Assembly (NCBI RefSeq): GCF_963506605.1
Contig: NC_083280.1
Span: 26,226,001 to 26,290,000 of the forward strand
Length of the DNA stretch: 64,000 bases
Source: Zootoca vivipara
Lineage: Eukaryota
Direction of reading: 5' to 3'
Shown: piece by piece, positions 63,495 through 64,000 of the stretch
Numbering within the stretch: position 1 is the first letter of the stretch
How the letters are laid out: each line of letters starts with the position of its first letter
Notes under the pieces: model-generated
Told to the model about the DNA's origin: nothing
The model's database searches: none
The model's input: the letters and a program-made list of their open reading frames with translations, nothing else
Position numbers and translations under genes: made by a program

Positions 63495-63765
63495 ATAGTG
63501 AAAGAGATGGCGAGAACGAGCCGTCTCAAGAACAGTTTCTTTCCTAGAGCAATTTTGGCCTTAAATGGAAATTCTGGACTTTGAAGTCATTTTATTTTCA
63601 TTTTCATTTGTTTACTGTTCTGTATTGTATTGTGCTTATTAGTATTTTAATTCATGTGGAGTGTTTTAATTGAGTTGATACAGCAACCGAGAAATTTTGT
63701 TGTTCCCGCAAGGGGACAATGACAATAAAGATCTATTCTATTCTATTCTATTCTATTCTATTCTA
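63495..63765 (+). mobile_element. Rex1/Babar-like LINE 3' end
   Basis: Encodes ARTSRLKNSFFPRAILALN; CAATGACAATAAAG followed by an (ATTCT)n tail. Confidence 0.7.
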
Positions 63766-64000
63766 AAACTGGATGTAATTCAATGGCTTTTTGTTGCTGA
63801 GACAAAGTTACCCACACTCTGTTATCCATTGTTGTAGGAACCAGAAAATCTGTTGCTTAATAAGAGTTGCTTGCTGTTCCCTGTTCCCCTAATGCACATT
63901 TTTTTCAATATCTGGTTATGATTAAAGCTGAAGCTCCCTTGTGCTGTAAAAACAGAACATACTGTGGCTTCCCTACACTTCTCATGAGAAATTATGTCTC

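Overview
Vertebrate genomic DNA, not microbial. The repeat set (Sauria SINE, BovB, tRNA-Lys/CR1-tail SINE, L2, CR1, hAT and Tigger-like MITEs) points to a squamate reptile, probably a lacertid lizard. The window holds the CpG-island promoter and first 14 coding exons (1-13 plus alternative 13A) of PLOD2 (lysyl hydroxylase 2) on the + strand. The ATG is at 8071, all junctions are GT-AG, and the exons join in frame into 1572 nt / 524 aa: signal peptide, glycosyltransferase-like domain and accessory domain. The C-terminal hydroxylase exons lie beyond 64000. The rest is intron or upstream sequence dense with transposons, plus three assembly gaps. Nearly all other ORFs in the track are repeat-derived or spurious. 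I found no convincing new biological system. The best leads: (1) this PLOD2 keeps the LH3-type Mn2+ ligands (DxxD, His) that I recall are altered in human LH2; (2) near-identical inverted SINEs bracket exons 2-3, a circRNA-type layout; (3) the splicing context of exon 13A, including a possible 3-nt microexon; (4) several small palindromic mobile elements with clean target-site duplications. Comparisons to human proteins and repeat family names are from memory, not from searches.
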